NCBI RefSeq assembly: GCF_025998175.1
Contig: NZ_AP026695.1
Coordinates: 932,760-964,759, forward strand
Direction: 5' to 3'
DNA length: 32,000 nucleotides
Origin: Nitrosopumilus zosterae
GTDB lineage: Archaea; Thermoproteota; Nitrososphaeria; Nitrososphaerales; Nitrosopumilaceae
Under the pieces are notes generated by a model that made no database searches, was not told where the DNA came from, and was given only the letters and a program-made list of their open reading frames with translations. Made by a program: the position numbers and the translations under genes. Position 1 is the stretch's first letter. Every line of letters starts with the position of its first letter. This document shows, piece after piece, positions 18,012 to 27,576 of the stretch.

Positions 18012-18380
18012 TCATTGTTTCCATTTTTGTGCTTCTATAGTACATTTATCATAAAAATCAGCAGATACATAATTACAAACTCTATCTTGAAATTTTCGAA
18101 AGAATTTACTTAGACACTCATATTGATTTTCTTCTTCAAGATAGTCCAAACATATTTGTGGACTTCGTTTCATGTATGCAAAATTACCAATACATTCTTG
18201 AGGATTATCAAATTTCAGACACATTTTTGGTTCATCCATATTTAATGCAGAATTTACTTCTTTTACTAAAGATTTTTCAGAAGACACTGAAGTAAATGAG
18301 CCAATTATCGAAAATGCAATAACCATGATTACTGCTATCATCATCAAACCGCCAATTGTAAAACCAAACATAGGATTCAT
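18012..18380 (-). CDS. Membrane-anchored Cys-rich extracytoplasmic protein
   Basis: N-terminal TM helix followed by 6 Cys in an about 90-aa ectodomain. No family recognised. Confidence 0.55.
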   Translation of the reverse strand: MNPMFGFTIGGLMMIAVIMVIAFSIIGSFTSVSSEKSLVKEVNSALNMDEPKMCLKFDNPQECIGNFAYMKRSPQICLDYLEEENQYECLSKFFRKFQDRVCNYVSADFYDKCTIEAQKWKQ

Positions 18381-18573
18381 TTTCTAGGATCTAGAATTGT
18401 GTAAAATTTTTAATAAAATACTGGGTATTTTATTTTGATATACAAGATATTATATGTAAAATCAATTTTTTGCAAAATAACAAAAACGATCAGTGTTTTT
18501 TCGAGCCTAGTTAAAGTAGCGAAATATTTCTCAGAGTACGGTTTAAATTGTACATTCAAAGCATTGGAATCAA

Positions 18574-19311
18574 ATGCTTCCTGCACAACAAGGTTACGAT
18601 AGAGCAATTACTGTATTTTCGCCTGATGGCAGATTATATCAAGTAGAGTATGCAATAGAGACGGTACGAAGAGGGACAATTGCCGTAGGTGTTAAATGTA
18701 AAGATGGCATAATTATTGCAGTAGAAGAAAAACCAAGAAAATTACAAATCTCAAACACTGCTCAAAAGATTTTTCAAATTGATGATCATGTAGGAGTGGC
18801 CGCAGCAGGATACATCCCAGATGCAAGAAGTCAAGTAGATAATGCACGATTCTTTTCTCAAAGTAATAAAATGATTTATGATGAACCAGTTGAAGTTGAA
18901 ACTATTGCAAAACACCTAGCGGATCAATGCCAACAATACACGCAATACGCAGGAGTAAGACCATATGGGGTTGCGCTGATTCTTGGGGGAGTTGTAAATA
19001 ATACACCGCAATTGTATCTAACAGATCCTAGTGGAACTTACATATCATATGATGCAATTGCAATTGGTTCAGGTTCAGATCAAGTTACAGACTTTTTAGA
19101 AAAAACATACAAAGATGATCTTTCACTAGATGAAGCAGCAACGTTAGCCGCTGCTGGAATTTATCTGTCAAGTGAAGATAAAGAAGGGACAAGCCATATC
19201 AGAATGGCACATATTAAAACAGAAACTGAGTTGTACGAATTAGTTTCAGATGAGCAAATTGCAAATTATGCAAAAACTGCAAGAGAAAAATATCCACACG
19301 ACCAAAAATAA
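18574..19311 (+). CDS. psmA: Proteasome subunit alpha
   Basis: N-terminal signature YDRAITVFSPDGRLYQVEYA. Confidence 0.95.
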   Translation: MLPAQQGYDRAITVFSPDGRLYQVEYAIETVRRGTIAVGVKCKDGIIIAVEEKPRKLQISNTAQKIFQIDDHVGVAAAGYIPDARSQVDNARFFSQSNKMIYDEPVEVETIAKHLADQCQQYTQYAGVRPYGVALILGGVVNNTPQLYLTDPSGTYISYDAIAIGSGSDQVTDFLEKTYKDDLSLDEAATLAAAGIYLSSEDKEGTSHIRMAHIKTETELYELVSDEQIANYAKTAREKYPHDQK

Positions 19312-19320
19312 TTACATTGA

Positions 19321-20157
19321 GTGGTTTGGAGAGATCAAATTACGTTGAAACTATCTGTTGCAATCCCAGAATCAGCATTATCGGATGAATCGCTTAAGAT
19401 AGATAAAACGAGGAAAATTTCTGTTCTTGCAAGAGCATGTGCCATTTTTAAAATTGATACGATATATGTCTATCAAGAAGGAAATAACAGAACAGATGGA
19501 AGTCTAATGGTGATGATTTTAAAATATTTAGAGACACCACAGTTTTTGAGAAGAAGGTTATTTCCAAAAATAAATGATTTAAAATTTGCAGGAGTTTTGC
19601 AACCACTAAAAATTCCAAGCCACATAACTCCAGTAAATTCCAAAAAAATCAATGTAGGAGATATACGAGAAGGAATTGTAATCAGTGTGAAAGGTAAAAG
19701 ATTTGTTGATGTAGGAATAAATCAACTAATCCCATTTTTTGGCAAGACGTCAATTGGTAAAAGAGTTACAGTTCAATTTAAAGAAGGGTTTCCAAAATTA
19801 TCTGTAAAAGAGATAGGCAAAAGCGAAGTTAAAACATATTGGGGATATTCTGTCAAAGAGAGAGCAAATTTATTTTCAGTATTGACAGAATGGAAAGGAA
19901 ATGTAATCATCACATCCAGAAAAGGTAAAACTGCGACAAAAGAACAGATTTCCAAATATATAAAATCAGAACAACCCACACTCATAGTTTTTGGATCTCC
20001 CGAAAAAGGGATTCACGAAATTCTTGGCGGAAAAATGAAAAATGTTCAAAATGCAAAATCATTGAATTTTTTCCCCAATCAAGCCACCGAAACTATACGG
20101 TTAGAAGAAGCATTGTTAGGAACATTGGCAATAATTAATGCCCAAAGTACTTCATAA
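19321..20157 (+). CDS. DUF171/SPOUT-superfamily putative RNA methyltransferase
   Basis: LSVAIPESALSDE...KISVLARACAIFKIDTIYVY matches the recalled DUF171 N-terminal pattern. Immediately follows psmA. GTG start. Confidence 0.6.
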   Translation: MVWRDQITLKLSVAIPESALSDESLKIDKTRKISVLARACAIFKIDTIYVYQEGNNRTDGSLMVMILKYLETPQFLRRRLFPKINDLKFAGVLQPLKIPSHITPVNSKKINVGDIREGIVISVKGKRFVDVGINQLIPFFGKTSIGKRVTVQFKEGFPKLSVKEIGKSEVKTYWGYSVKERANLFSVLTEWKGNVIITSRKGKTATKEQISKYIKSEQPTLIVFGSPEKGIHEILGGKMKNVQNAKSLNFFPNQATETIRLEEALLGTLAIINAQSTS

Positions 20158-20158
20158 A

Positions 20159-20269
20159 ATGGCAGAAAGAAAAAATTTCTTATTGTTGGCTATTGCATTA
20201 GGAGTTGTAGGAATTATAATTGGCGGAATTACTATTTGGAATAGTGCATCAGATTTGATAAAGCCATAA
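20159..20269 (+). CDS. Possible 36-aa single-TM micro-protein
   Basis: Hand translation: MAERKNFLLLAIALGVVGIIIGGITIWNSASDLIKP. ATG 2 nt after the preceding stop. Confidence 0.35.
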   Translation: MAERKNFLLLAIALGVVGIIIGGITIWNSASDLIKP

Positions 20270-20284
20270 CATTTTAGGCATATA

Positions 20285-20313
20285 TGGTTAACCAGTATTT
20301 TTCTAGTGGTTAA
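20285..20313 (+). promoter_or_regulatory. Paired GGTTAAC(C) boxes / hairpin in the leader of the ribosomal protein operon
   Basis: GTTAACCAGTA-TTTTTC-TAGTGGTTAAC forms an 11-bp stem with one mismatch. Equivalently, two GTTAAC palindromes sit 22 bp apart. An upstream CATATATGG is TATA-like. Confidence 0.35.
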
Positions 20314-20361
20314 CGAAGTCTCACATGGTTTAATAGAGGGAAATCGAGACGCGTTTTATCC

Positions 20362-21354
20362 ATGGGCGCTAGAAAGAACCATCAACCACGTAGAGGAAGT
20401 CTTGCATATTCACCTAGAATACGTGCTAAAAGTATGGAGGCACGAATTAGATCATGGCCAAAATTAAATTCAGAAGAACCAAAGATTTTAGCTCATTGTG
20501 GTTTCAAAGCAGGGTGTGTACAAATAGTAACTATCGATGATCGTGAAAAAGTTCCAAATGCAGGAAAACAACTTGTAAGCCTTGGAACAGTTCTAGTTAC
20601 ACCACCGGTATTAATTCTAGGTATTAGAGGATACTCAAAAGATCATGATGGAATGCATGCAGAATTTGATGTATATGCAGAAGATATTCCAAAATACATT
20701 TCAAAAGAAATTACAGTGAAAAACAAAGAAGGTGCATTAGACAATGCAGAAAAATCCCTTCGAAAAATTAAAGAGATTTTTGCAATTGTTGCCGTATCTC
20801 CACGTGCAGCAGGCTTAGAACAGAAAAAACCTTACATCTTTGAAGCTTCAGTTAGCGGAGGAGACATACAAAAACAATTTACTCATGTCAAAGAATTACT
20901 TGGAAAAGAGATCAAAATTGATCAGATTTTTGAAACAGGTGCAAGTGTAGATGTTGCAGCAATCACTAAAGGTAAAGGATGGCAAGGAGTTATTCAAAGA
21001 TGGGGAGTAAAAAAGAAACAACACAAATCAAGAAAGACAGTTAGAGAGGTAGGTTCACTTGGCCCAATTTCCCCACAAAGTGTCATGTATACAGTACCAA
21101 GAGCAGGACAAATGGGATTTCATCAAAGAATAGAATATGATAAACGAATCATGATTATGGGTAATACAAATGACGAGCAGATTAAAATCAATCCAGACGG
21201 AGGCTACAAACACTTTGGATTAGTAAAAGGAGATTTTATTATTCTAAAAGGATCCGTTCCAGGAACATATAGAAGATTGATTAAACTCAGAAGTCAGATT
21301 AGAAATGTGCCAGTTAAAATTACCAAGCCAAACATTTTGGAGGTCGTAATTTAA
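20362..21354 (+). CDS. rpl3: 50S ribosomal protein L3 (uL3)
   Basis: HQPRRGSLAYSPRIRA N-terminus. First gene of the conserved cluster. Confidence 0.95.
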   Translation: MGARKNHQPRRGSLAYSPRIRAKSMEARIRSWPKLNSEEPKILAHCGFKAGCVQIVTIDDREKVPNAGKQLVSLGTVLVTPPVLILGIRGYSKDHDGMHAEFDVYAEDIPKYISKEITVKNKEGALDNAEKSLRKIKEIFAIVAVSPRAAGLEQKKPYIFEASVSGGDIQKQFTHVKELLGKEIKIDQIFETGASVDVAAITKGKGWQGVIQRWGVKKKQHKSRKTVREVGSLGPISPQSVMYTVPRAGQMGFHQRIEYDKRIMIMGNTNDEQIKINPDGGYKHFGLVKGDFIILKGSVPGTYRRLIKLRSQIRNVPVKITKPNILEVVI

Positions 21355-22166
21355 TGAAAACAGCATCTTATTCAATAGCAGGAGTAAAGGATGGCGAAAT
21401 AGAGCTTCCACTAGTATTTTCAACTCCTTTTAGAAGAGAATTGATTCACAAAGCTTTTACCAATTTAACTTCACATAAATTCCAACCACAGGGAAGACAT
21501 CCATCTGCAGGTCAAGATGTGGTTGCAGATTCTAATGATCCACCAACAGGTCAAGGTGTAGCACGTGTTGCAAGAAGTTCTGGTGGAGGTGGCGGAAGAC
21601 AAGGACAAGGTGCAGAAGTTGCATCAACCAGAGGCGGGAGACAAGCACATCCGCCAATTGTAGGTAAAGTAATTTATAAAAAATTAAACAAAAAAGAAAA
21701 CAAATTAGCATTATGCTCCGCAATAGCTGCAACAGGTTCAAAAGAACTTGTTAAATTACGAGGCCATAAAATTGACGGGATTGAATCATTCCCAATCATA
21801 GTGTCTGACGAAATAGAATCAATGTCAAAAACAAATGAAATCTTCAAAGTATTAGATGCATTAAAACTCACACAAGATGTAGAAAGATTAGAATCAAGAA
21901 GACCACGTTCAGGACAATCGAGACTTAGAGGACGTAGTAAAAAAATCGGAAAGAGTGTTTTGTTTGTTACAAAAGATGCTTCAAATATCAAAAAGGCAAT
22001 AGGTGCGCTACCAGGAGTAGAAGCAAAAAGTGTCAAAGACTTAAGCATATTAGATTTAGCTCCAGGTTCAGATCCAATTAGATTAACAGTATATTCCAAA
22101 TCGGCAATTGAAGAAATTGCAAAAATTAAATCAACACATTTAGAGGTCATGGTGAAAACACAATGA
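21354..22166 (+). CDS. rpl4: 50S ribosomal protein L4 (uL4)
   Basis: Archaeal uL4 pattern (GQGVARVAR, GGRQAHPP). Position after L3. Confidence 0.95.
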   Translation: MKTASYSIAGVKDGEIELPLVFSTPFRRELIHKAFTNLTSHKFQPQGRHPSAGQDVVADSNDPPTGQGVARVARSSGGGGGRQGQGAEVASTRGGRQAHPPIVGKVIYKKLNKKENKLALCSAIAATGSKELVKLRGHKIDGIESFPIIVSDEIESMSKTNEIFKVLDALKLTQDVERLESRRPRSGQSRLRGRSKKIGKSVLFVTKDASNIKKAIGALPGVEAKSVKDLSILDLAPGSDPIRLTVYSKSAIEEIAKIKSTHLEVMVKTQ

Positions 22167-22429
22167 ACGTAGATCAAGCAAACAAAATCATTCTCAAACC
22201 ATACATTACAGAAAAAACATTTGCCATGGTAGAAAACGAAAGTAAAATTTGTTTTATTGTAGAACGATCTGCAAGTAAACCAGAAATTGCCGAAGCAGTA
22301 AAAGCACTATACAAAGAAAATGTCACTAACGTTAACACCGCAAGGACAATTTATGGTAAAAAAGCATTTGTTCAATTCGAAAATACAGAAAAAGCAAGAG
22401 ATTTGGCGACAAAGATAGGAATGCTATAA
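22163..22429 (+). CDS. rpl23: 50S ribosomal protein L23 (uL23)
   Basis: ILKPYITEKT and the overall uL23 pattern. ATGA overlap with L4. Confidence 0.9.
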   Translation: MNVDQANKIILKPYITEKTFAMVENESKICFIVERSASKPEIAEAVKALYKENVTNVNTARTIYGKKAFVQFENTEKARDLATKIGML

Positions 22430-22473
22430 TATGGACCACAAAGCTCAATGTACATTAACAGAGGAGAAGAAGA

Positions 22474-22869
22474 TTGGTTAAAGAATTTCTATACAGAGGC
22501 ATTCCAAAAGAGGATCTTGACAGCATGTCCTTAGAAAAATTATTCCTATTATTCAATTCCAGACAGAGAAGATCCCTTACAAGAGGAATTACCGATGGAA
22601 AGAGAAAATTGATTGAAGAGATCAAAGCTGCAAAAGCAGGAAAAGTAAAAAATCCCATAAAGACACATGTTAGAGACTTGATTGTTTTACCATACATGGT
22701 GGGTGTTACAGTAAATGTATTTTCAGGAAAAGAATTTCGTCCAGTAAGTATTACCGCAGAAATGATTGGGCATTATTTAGGAGAATACGTAATAACAAAC
22801 AAGAGAGTTTCACACGGCGCACCTGGTGTTGGTGCATCAAGATCCAGTCTCTACGTACCATTAAAGTGA
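22474..22869 (+). CDS. rps19: 30S ribosomal protein S19 (uS19)
   Basis: RQRRSLTRG and C-terminal MIGHYLGEYVITNKRVSHGAPGVGASRSS. TTG start preceded by GAGGAG. Confidence 0.9.
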   Translation: MVKEFLYRGIPKEDLDSMSLEKLFLLFNSRQRRSLTRGITDGKRKLIEEIKAAKAGKVKNPIKTHVRDLIVLPYMVGVTVNVFSGKEFRPVSITAEMIGHYLGEYVITNKRVSHGAPGVGASRSSLYVPLK

Positions 22870-23333
22870 TTATCATGGGTAGATTCAATTACGCTTTCCA
22901 AAATTATGATGCAACAAAACACGTACGTTCATCATTACGAGAAAAAGATATTTCACACAAGCATGCACGTGAGGTGGCTGTTTCTATCAAAGGATTATCA
23001 ATTGAAAAAGCAAGAGATTATCTAATTGCAGTAGTTAACAAAAAAAGAGCGGTTGCGTTTAGAAGATATAAGAATCAAGTAGGACATAAATCAGATCCAG
23101 GAATGATGTCAGGACGTTATCCACAAAAAACAGCAAAAGAGTTTATCAAAGTTTTAGATAATTTAGAATCAAATGCAGAATACAAAGGAATGGATTTAGA
23201 TAGATTACGAATTATTAATGCCACTGTCCACAAAGGAGTAATTGTTAAGAGATTCATCCCAAGAGCTATGGGAAGGGCAACTCCCAAAAACAACGTACTG
23301 ACACATGTAGAATTGGTGGCACAGGAGATTTAG
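22866..23333 (+). CDS. rpl22: 50S ribosomal protein L22 (uL22)
   Basis: uL22 pattern ([25 protein letters not shown]). Start is GTG at 22866 or ATG at 22875. Confidence 0.9.
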   Translation: MIIMGRFNYAFQNYDATKHVRSSLREKDISHKHAREVAVSIKGLSIEKARDYLIAVVNKKRAVAFRRYKNQVGHKSDPGMMSGRYPQKTAKEFIKVLDNLESNAEYKGMDLDRLRIINATVHKGVIVKRFIPRAMGRATPKNNVLTHVELVAQEI

Positions 23334-23335
23334 AA

Positions 23336-24091
23336 ATGTCAGCAGTCAAAAACGTAATCAAAGACAACTACAACATGATGCTTCTGAAAGACTATCTAAG
23401 AGAAGCAATTAAGGATGCAGGATTTTCTCATGCAGAGATTTCAAAAACTCCAGTAGGAACCAGAGTTGCATTACATGTAACTAGACCAGGCATAGTTATT
23501 GGAAGAAAAGGTTCTGGAATCAGAACATTAACAGACAAACTTGCATCAGACTTTGGATTAAAAAATCCACAAATTTCAGTAGTAGAAATTGAAAAACCAG
23601 AGTTATCTCCAAGCGTCATGTGTAATAGAATGGCAGCACATTTGGAGAGAGGAACTGCTTTTAGAAGGGCAACTATGTGGACACTAAAACAAATTATGGA
23701 AAATGGTGCCATGGGTGTTCAAATTACAATATCAGGTAAACTAAGAGGAGATCGTTCTGCATTTGAGAAACACACTGCAGGAATTTTACCAAGAGCAGGT
23801 CACCATGCAGAAGTAATAGTTGCAGAAGACATTGCACACGTAAAAACAGCCATGGGTTTAATTGGAATTAGAATAAGAATTGCTAGAAAAGATAAATTAA
23901 TTCCCGAATTTGAAATGAAGACTCAAAAAGCAATGAAGATTAAACAAGTCAAAGATGAAGACACAGGAAAAATGAGAGATGAAACTATAGCAGAGACAAA
24001 AGCAAGAACAGAATCAGAACAAATTGCACTAGAAGAAGAAAGAATGAAAGAGCTTGAAACGCTAGAAGAAGAAGAGGCCAGATTCAAATGA
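23336..24091 (+). CDS. rps3: 30S ribosomal protein S3 (uS3)
   Basis: KH-domain region [14 protein letters not shown]. Charged C-terminal tail. Confidence 0.95.
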   Translation: MSAVKNVIKDNYNMMLLKDYLREAIKDAGFSHAEISKTPVGTRVALHVTRPGIVIGRKGSGIRTLTDKLASDFGLKNPQISVVEIEKPELSPSVMCNRMAAHLERGTAFRRATMWTLKQIMENGAMGVQITISGKLRGDRSAFEKHTAGILPRAGHHAEVIVAEDIAHVKTAMGLIGIRIRIARKDKLIPEFEMKTQKAMKIKQVKDEDTGKMRDETIAETKARTESEQIALEEERMKELETLEEEEARFK

Positions 24092-24294
24092 CCAGGATAA
24101 GCATGAAGACAATAAAGCAGTTAAATGAAAAAGATCTTAAAAGCAAGATTCAAGAGGCACGCAGTGAACTTGCAAAACTCAGAGTCGATGCTTCCAAAGG
24201 AACTCTAAGAAAAGAAAGTGGTAAACTAAAACCTCTTAGACATGATATTGCAAGGATGCTAACTAGAATAAACGAGATGAAGAAAGAGAAATGA
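24088..24294 (+). CDS. rpl29: 50S ribosomal protein L29 (uL29)
   Basis: Small helical protein ([16 protein letters not shown]) in the conserved position after S3. Confidence 0.9.
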   Translation: MTRISMKTIKQLNEKDLKSKIQEARSELAKLRVDASKGTLRKESGKLKPLRHDIARMLTRINEMKKEK

Positions 24295-24557
24295 TCACAG
24301 CAGACAATATCACATCACATGAATTTATCGGATTACATACAGAGATTGTTAAATCCACAAATCCACAAGTTATAGGATTAAATGGAAGAATCATAAATGA
24401 AACAAAATCGATGTTTACAATAAATACAGAAAAAGGAATAAAATCAATTGCAAAATCAACAAACAATTGGAAATTTTCAATTGAGAATAAAGATGTGATT
24501 GTGGAAGGGTCTAGAATTACAAAAAGACCATTTGATAGAATAGGAGATAAGGCATGA
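24291..24557 (+). CDS. rnp1: RNase P protein component 1 (Rpp29/Pop4 homologue)
   Basis: HEFIGLHTEIVKSTNPQVIGLNGRIINETKSMF matches the archaeal Rpp29 pattern. Canonical archaeal position between L29 and S17. Confidence 0.85.
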   Translation: MITADNITSHEFIGLHTEIVKSTNPQVIGLNGRIINETKSMFTINTEKGIKSIAKSTNNWKFSIENKDVIVEGSRITKRPFDRIGDKA

Positions 24558-24877
24558 CACGGAATATTGGATTAAAAGTGAAAGAACCAAAGGGAGAATG
24601 TGCAGATAAACATTGTCCATTCCATGGAAATTTGTCAATTAGAGGAAAGCTCTTTGATGGCAAAGTGACAGGAAGTAAGGCAAGACAAACAATTACGTTA
24701 CAAAAAGATGCACCAATTTATTTTAGCAAATTTAAGAGATATGCAAGAGGGACAAGTACGATTCATGCACATGTACCTGAATGTATTAATGTTGAAACAG
24801 GAAATCATGTTTTAACTGCAGAGTGCAGGCCGATATCAAAATCAGTGTCATATGTAGTTGTAGAGGTTAGATCATAA
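24554..24877 (+). CDS. rps17: 30S ribosomal protein S17 (uS17)
   Basis: CxDxxCPFHG N-terminal motif (CADKHCPFHGNLSIRG). Confidence 0.95.
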   Translation: MTRNIGLKVKEPKGECADKHCPFHGNLSIRGKLFDGKVTGSKARQTITLQKDAPIYFSKFKRYARGTSTIHAHVPECINVETGNHVLTAECRPISKSVSYVVVEVRS

Positions 24878-25299
24878 TGGCAAAACAAGCAGGTAAGGGA
24901 GTAGAAGAATTCCGCCCATATGTCACACGTTCAATACCCGTAGGAGCAAATATTGTATGTGCAGACAACTCAGGTGCCAAAATTTTAGAGATCATCAATG
25001 TACCAAGACATAAAACAAGAGTGTCACGACTTCCTGCAGCAGCAGTAGGAGATTTCTGTAATGTTGTAGTAAAGAAAGGGCCAGCAGAGTTGAGAAAACA
25101 AGTGTATGGCGCAGTTATTGTTCGACAAAAATATGCAGTTCGTAGATTAAACGGGGTTAGAGTTTGTTTCGAAGACAATGCAGCAGTATTAATCACGCCC
25201 GAAGGAGAAACAAAAGGAACAGACATCAAAGGACCAGTAGCTGCAGAAGCTTCAGAAAAATGGCCAAGAGTAGCTAACTTGGCATCAATGGTGGTATAA
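24877..25299 (+). CDS. rpl14: 50S ribosomal protein L14 (uL14)
   Basis: [14 protein letters not shown] motif. Confidence 0.95.
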   Translation: MAKQAGKGVEEFRPYVTRSIPVGANIVCADNSGAKILEIINVPRHKTRVSRLPAAAVGDFCNVVVKKGPAELRKQVYGAVIVRQKYAVRRLNGVRVCFEDNAAVLITPEGETKGTDIKGPVAAEASEKWPRVANLASMVV

Positions 25300-25303
25300 G
25301 AAA

Positions 25304-25756
25304 ATGAAGCCAACAAAAATGCGTAACAAGATGATGTATCAAGCAACATTCCAAACTAGAAGTAAGCAACTTGGAAGTGCATTATCAAAAGAACTTCGTA
25401 AAAAATATGGCAAGAGAAGTGTTCGGGCTATTGAAGGAGACAGCGTAACTATACTTAGAGGAGAATTCAAAGGAGTTGAAGGAAAAATATCCAAAGTATC
25501 TACAGAAAAGAGCAGTGTTGCAATTGAAGGAGTCAAAAAAGAAAAAACAAAAGGAGACAAATTTGATGTTTATATTCACACATCCAATCTGGTAGTAACA
25601 TCACTTAGTACTGATGATAGGTGGAGAATTTCAAAACTAGAAGGTAAAGATCCAAGGAAACAACCCAAAGAAACACAGGTAAAAGATAAACCAGTTGAAG
25701 AAGAGACTAAAGAAACAAAAGTAGCAAATAAAGAAAAAAAGGAAGATGAGAATTAA
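25304..25756 (+). CDS. rpl24: 50S ribosomal protein L24 (uL24) with long Lys/Glu-rich C-terminal extension
   Basis: KOW motif region [21 protein letters not shown]. About 45-aa KE-rich tail. Confidence 0.9.
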   Translation: MKPTKMRNKMMYQATFQTRSKQLGSALSKELRKKYGKRSVRAIEGDSVTILRGEFKGVEGKISKVSTEKSSVAIEGVKKEKTKGDKFDVYIHTSNLVVTSLSTDDRWRISKLEGKDPRKQPKETQVKDKPVEEETKETKVANKEKKEDEN

Positions 25757-26472
25757 TGGTAAGTATTAGTGGAAGTAAAAAACTCAAACGTCAAATGGCC
25801 CCACAGTTTTGGGGAATTGCTAGAAAAGATAAAAGATTCGTAATCAATGTAAAACCAGGTCCACATAAAAGGAACCACGCAGTACCAACGGCAGTATTTC
25901 TAAGAGATATGTTAAAAATTGTAACTAGTCTTAGAGAAGCAAAAGCTTCAATTTATTCGGGCAAAGTAAAGGTTGATGGGATTGTAAGAAAATCATTACA
26001 TCATGCAATAGGATTAATGGATGTAGTAGAATTAGAAAATGTTTCAGATATTTATCGTCTGGTTCCAACCGAAGAGAAATTACTAAAACCGATAAAGATT
26101 AACGAATCAGAGAAATCGAAAAAATTAGTTAGAGTCACGACCAAAACTACAATTGGCAAAGGCCAAACACAAATAGGATTTCATGACGGACGTTCAATCA
26201 TTTCAGACAGTAAAGTAAATGTTGGTGACACATGCTTGATACAAATTCCAGATGTAAAAATACTTGAAATAATAAAATTAGAAGTAGGCAGTCACGGATT
26301 AGTTACACGTGGAAATAATACCGGGAGAATTGGCAGAATAGAAACAATCGAAGAAGGAACATTCATTCTTCCAAAAAGAGTTATCTTATCATTAGATGAA
26401 AGAAAAATCGAAATTCCAGCAGACATCATTATGTCAATAGGTAAAGGAGAGCCAGTTATTCAAATAAAGTGA
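25756..26472 (+). CDS. rps4e: 30S ribosomal protein S4e (eS4)
   Basis: GSKKLKRQMAPQFWGI...KPGPHK N-terminus. Confidence 0.95.
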   Translation: MVSISGSKKLKRQMAPQFWGIARKDKRFVINVKPGPHKRNHAVPTAVFLRDMLKIVTSLREAKASIYSGKVKVDGIVRKSLHHAIGLMDVVELENVSDIYRLVPTEEKLLKPIKINESEKSKKLVRVTTKTTIGKGQTQIGFHDGRSIISDSKVNVGDTCLIQIPDVKILEIIKLEVGSHGLVTRGNNTGRIGRIETIEEGTFILPKRVILSLDERKIEIPADIIMSIGKGEPVIQIK

Positions 26473-26476
26473 TCAT

Positions 26477-26998
26477 ATGTCTCAAACAACAGAACCAATA
26501 ATGAAAAAAATATCTCTCGAGAAAATAGTTCTCAATATGGGAGTAGGTAAATCAGGAGATTCAATTAACATTGCAAAAAAAGCACTGGATCAAATATCAG
26601 GAAAAAAATCATCATCGAGAGCTGCCAAAGAAACACAAAGAGATTGGGGAGTTAGAAAAGGCGAACCAATAGGTGTAGCAGTAACAATTCGTGGAGATGA
26701 CGCAAAAGAACTACTAAAAAGATTGTTAGAAGCAAAAGGAAATACAGTCAATGGCAAATCATTTGATAACTTTGGGAATTATTCATTTGGAATTAAAGAA
26801 CACATAGACATTCCAGGGGTAAAATATGATCCGCAAATAGGAATTTTGGGTTTAGGAATCTCAATCACATTAACAAGACCAGGTTACGGAATTAGGAATA
26901 GAAGTAAACACAAAGCAAGTGTCGGAAAAAAACACATAATCAGCAATCAAGAAGCAAAGGATTATCTAGTAAAAGAATTCGGAGTGACAGTAGCATAA
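26477..26998 (+). CDS. rpl5: 50S ribosomal protein L5 (uL5)
   Basis: LEKIVLNMGVG motif and position. Confidence 0.95.
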   Translation: MSQTTEPIMKKISLEKIVLNMGVGKSGDSINIAKKALDQISGKKSSSRAAKETQRDWGVRKGEPIGVAVTIRGDDAKELLKRLLEAKGNTVNGKSFDNFGNYSFGIKEHIDIPGVKYDPQIGILGLGISITLTRPGYGIRNRSKHKASVGKKHIISNQEAKDYLVKEFGVTVA

Positions 26999-27177
26999 TG
27001 GCAAAAGATAGATCATACGAGACTACTGGAAGAAAAAAGCATGATTTTGGCAGAGGTTCAAGATGGTGTAAAAGATGCGGAGATTATACAGCTGTAATTC
27101 AAAAATATGATTTAATGCTATGCAGACGATGCTTCAGAGAAGTCGCAACATCTTTAGGGTTTAGGAAAAATAAGTGA
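26998..27177 (+). CDS. rps14: 30S ribosomal protein S14 (uS14, zinc-binding type), not in the ORF track (59 aa)
   Basis: Hand translation: MAKDRSYETTGRKKHDFGRGSRWCKRCGDYTAVIQKYDLMLCRRCFREVATSLGFRKNK. CxxC...CxxC zinc ribbon. The ATG overlaps the L5 stop (TAATG). Canonical slot between L5 and S8. Confidence 0.9.
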   Translation: MAKDRSYETTGRKKHDFGRGSRWCKRCGDYTAVIQKYDLMLCRRCFREVATSLGFRKNK

Positions 27178-27183
27178 TATAAC

Positions 27184-27576
27184 ATGCCAGCAACGAACAT
27201 TTTAGCAAATCTATTTGTCACACTATACAATAATGAAACAAGAAGGAAAAGAGATTGTGTGATTCTTCCAACTTCAAAACTCGGAATCGAAGTTTTAAAG
27301 ACACTTCAAAAGGATGGATATATTGGAGAGTTTGAACATATTGATGATAAAAGGGGAGGTAAATTCAAAATCAAATTATTGGCCAAAATTACAAAATGTG
27401 GAGCAATTTCTCCAAGATTCAAGGTAAAAAACGACGAATACAATAATTGGGAACAGCAATACTTACCAGCATACGACAGAGGAATGTTACTTGTTACAAC
27501 TAATCAAGGAGTAATGTCCCATCATGACGCATTAGAAAAAGGAATTGGAGGATTTTTAATCGGATATGTCTACTAA
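27184..27576 (+). CDS. rps8: 30S ribosomal protein S8 (uS8)
   Basis: LANLFVTLYNNE N-terminus and GGFLIGYVY C-terminus. Confidence 0.95.
   Translation: MPATNILANLFVTLYNNETRRKRDCVILPTSKLGIEVLKTLQKDGYIGEFEHIDDKRGGKFKIKLLAKITKCGAISPRFKVKNDEYNNWEQQYLPAYDRGMLLVTTNQGVMSHHDALEKGIGGFLIGYVY

Noticed and set aside
18410-18607. 65-aa minus-strand ORF overlapping the psmA start
   Set aside because: It lies in the psmA promoter and 5' region and overlaps the conserved proteasome N-terminus. Composition is typical of AT-rich non-coding DNA.
21532-25579. Minus-strand ORFs overlapping r-protein genes (21532-21741, 21674-22177, 22455-22697, 23428-23712, 24263-24466, 24867-25349, 25339-25579)
   Set aside because: All are antisense to highly conserved ribosomal protein genes in a tightly packed operon, with no independent support.
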